The position numbers and the translations under genes are program-made. A stretch of 64,000 bases of DNA from Blepharisma stoltei ATCC 30299 (Eukaryota > Protista > Ciliophora). Below the pieces are notes generated by a model. That model was given only the letters and a program-made list of their open reading frames with translations. It searched no databases and had not been told where the DNA came from. This document shows positions 61,801-64,000 of the stretch, piece by piece (position 1 is the stretch's first letter; every line of letters begins with the position of its first letter). The stretch lies in assembly GCA_965603825.1 (NCBI GenBank), contig CBFDEM010000012.1:124001-188000 (forward strand), in the 5' to 3' direction.

Positions 61801-64000
61801 TCGCATGAGCAGGCAGTTGCTCCTCCTCCTGAAGCATGGTTCACACATTGAGTGCATAATCCTGACCCAAACCCACTGCAAATTGAGCAAAGATGATCAT
61901 GACAAATATTACAGGAAACTCCCTGAGTACACCCTAAAGAACAGGAGTTGCAAGACTGGCAAGCTGCTCCATCATAGTAATCGCTGATATCACAAGGCCA
62001 GAGACAAGAAGTAGATAAACTTGACCCACAAGGAACCGATAGTTTTGACGAAAAATCAGAGATAGCAGTGTACCATAAGCTGAAATAATAAATAAAGCCT
62101 TCAAATCCAGAAGATGTACTTTTTCCTACATACAAAATATCAGATGAAACGTCTTTGAACAGTAAGTTTGTGGATAAAATTGGAGTTCCAGCAACATTGT
62201 TTACTGAGGTAACAGTTGTGGTTGAGCCTGATGAATAAGAAACTGTTAAGGACAAATAAGACCACCCACTAAAAGCTGTAGATGAAGTAGTGACTGTCGT
62301 TGTAGTTTGAGATGGGCTTTCTAGGATAATATTGGCTATTCCATTAGAAGCCAATTTAACTCTTGCTTGTTTTTGGAATATATCTCCATCTGTAATTGTA
62401 TAAATTCAAAGGCCAACTGAAAATTGATAGTTCATATAAATGTTCACATTGGCTTGCAAGTATTGCGAACCTGAAAAATACAGTCCTCTTCCATATGAAG
62501 GAACAGGGTCAGTAGAATCTGGGCTAGTAAAAAATTGAGAGGTGGAAGCAGAATTGGAGGTTGTCAATATCCCATAAGATCCTTGGAATATTGTATCAAA
62601 ACTCTGGTCAATTATAGTTGATGTTGAGCTTATGCATGAGGGACTCGCTGTAAAACTGTATGGACATTCATTTAAACAGACAGTGTCAACTAAAACTTTT
62701 GTGCCTGTGCAAGCACTACACTCGAAATAGTAAGTCTTTAAGCAAATAGAGCACAAATTGTCACAAATTTCACAAGTTCCTGAAGATTGAATCCAAAAAG
62801 CATTAGCATTACAAGAACAAACACCTCCTGATAAACCTGCATTTGTGATGCAAGCTGTACAAGGACCATCAAATAAAGTGCAAGCAGTGCATTCCTTGTT
62901 TTGGCAAAGTCTACAAGTAAGAGTACTCCTACATCCATAAGGAGAGCAAGATCCATCGCACGTTGTACAGGATCCAGACGAGAAAAAAGAGCCGAACCCA
63001 CAATTATCAGGACAAATCAGCTCAGAAGGGCAATTCGAGCAAGATCCAGAGCAGCCTGAAGTTTGCCACTCGTCCAGGAAATGAGTGTTTCCATTGTATA
63101 TTTTTAGACTCCATAAAAATCCAGTAAAACTGGGGGCTGCATTAGAAGATCCAAGATATAATATGCCAGAATCAATAAAAGGGTAAGCATTCGTTGATGC
63201 TTGACTTGATATTAAGGATCCATCGGTATAAAAAAATATTTTAGTGTATCCGCTCGCGATGTCTCCAGTAAAAGCAATATTGTGCCAATTATTAAATAGA
63301 CTTGTAGATCCTGTCAAAATCACTACGGATGAATCTTGAAGAACCACATTAATACGAGGCCATCCTGATGATGTGAACTGAATTTTGAAGATTTCCGATG
63401 GTGTATTCAGTTTGAGGAAGAGATATCCTTGAGACGTTGCCTTTACCCAAATTGTAACAGTATAGAAGGGAGTGATTGTCAAAGAGCTTAAGGACATGAA
63501 TGATGAACTAGTAAAATAGTAGCCGCGATAAATTGAAGGTACAGGATCATTTGAATCGGTTCATGATGGGTAAGCATTAGAACTTGAAGAGCCAACAGTA
63601 AAGCCACTTGTTGTATCAAGCTTAATTCAGTCTTGTAGAGCAAGGGATACAGGATTACTTGAAGACAAAGTGCATAGGTGATTCGTAGAATCTTGAGTAT
63701 ATCCAGTTGGGCATGAGCTGAGACAGAGTCCGTTTAAGTAGTAATAGCTTGTTAAACAAGATGTGCATTGATAATAGCCTGTCCCTGAGCAACCAGCACA
63801 TCCAGTAGTGCACGCCCAAATACAAGAAAAGCCATCGGCAGAAGCTATATAGTTGGTATCGCATGAGCAAGCAGTTGTTCCTCCTCCAGAGGCATGGGTG
63901 ACACATAAAGTGCATAAGTTAACTCCAAAGCCTGTGCATTGAGCACACAAAGGATCATAACAAATATTGCATGACACTGCTTGTCTGCATCCCAAATTTC
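55818..64000 (-). CDS. Giant surface protein, 3' part (>2700 aa): alternating furin-like Cys-rich repeats and LamG/ConA-like domains, C-terminal multipass membrane domain
   Basis: Seven ORFs in one frame joined by TGA and two 15-nt introns. CxxC/CPxGY repeats, six DPxP..RGxYF...FxGFI modules, hydrophobic C-terminus; TAA at 55818; start lies beyond the window. Confidence 0.9.
56478..56492 (-). other. 15-nt spliceosomal intron (gtaatttttatttag)
   Basis: GT..AG, A at position 10; in-frame TAG. Confidence 0.9.
56550..56564 (-). other. 15-nt spliceosomal intron (gtaagatttatttag)
   Basis: GT..AG, A at position 10; in-frame TAG. Confidence 0.9.
57800..64000 (-). repeat. Intragenic degenerate repeat of about 1.0 kb (Cys-rich + LamG-like), six units
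   Basis: DP..RGxYF anchors near 63545, 62507, 61490, 60460, 59450 and 58400. Confidence 0.85.

Noticed and set aside
9-63915. Many short antisense or alternate-frame ORFs in the track (for example 1029..1388, 6645..7112, 25423..25749, 58609..58983)
   Set aside because: Shadows of real genes; they recur only because the paralogs are similar.
1-64000. Mass pseudogenisation or selenocysteine as the cause of the many in-frame TGA
   Set aside because: TGAs fall at Trp positions, not Cys, and genes keep their frame and full paralog length.
1-64000. CRISPR arrays, transposases, rRNA or tRNA genes
   Set aside because: No spaced direct repeats, no DDE or RT motifs, and no recognisable structural RNA seen by eye.

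Overview
AT-rich, gene-dense eukaryotic DNA that reads as macronuclear sequence of a heterotrich ciliate, most like Blepharisma. The supplied ORF track is fragmented because TGA encodes Trp: TGA sits at conserved Trp positions of paralogs, and every true stop I found is TAA or TAG. Introns are 15-nt GT..AG micro-introns with an invariant A at position 10 (8 found). Re-read this way, the window holds, in order: a tandem array of Kv-beta-like aldo-keto reductases plus a decayed remnant; a USP32-like deubiquitinase; a mucolipin/TRPML channel; a SET-like protein; a RasGAP-like protein; PP1; a 22-kb cluster of eight membrane-bound hybrid histidine kinases; an AGC kinase; ARP4; two Cys-rich surface proteins; a claudin-like tetraspan; and the 3' part (>2700 aa) of a giant Cys-rich/LamG-like multipass protein. 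The best candidate for an undescribed system is the kinase cluster. Its genes fall into two sequence classes (A, conserved ATP lid; B, drifting ATP lid) arranged B-A, A-B, A-B, A-B, and share an approximately 6-TM sensor with conserved intramembrane polar residues. This suggests paired, possibly heterodimeric, two-component receptors. All calls come from manual reading and translation; no database search was run.
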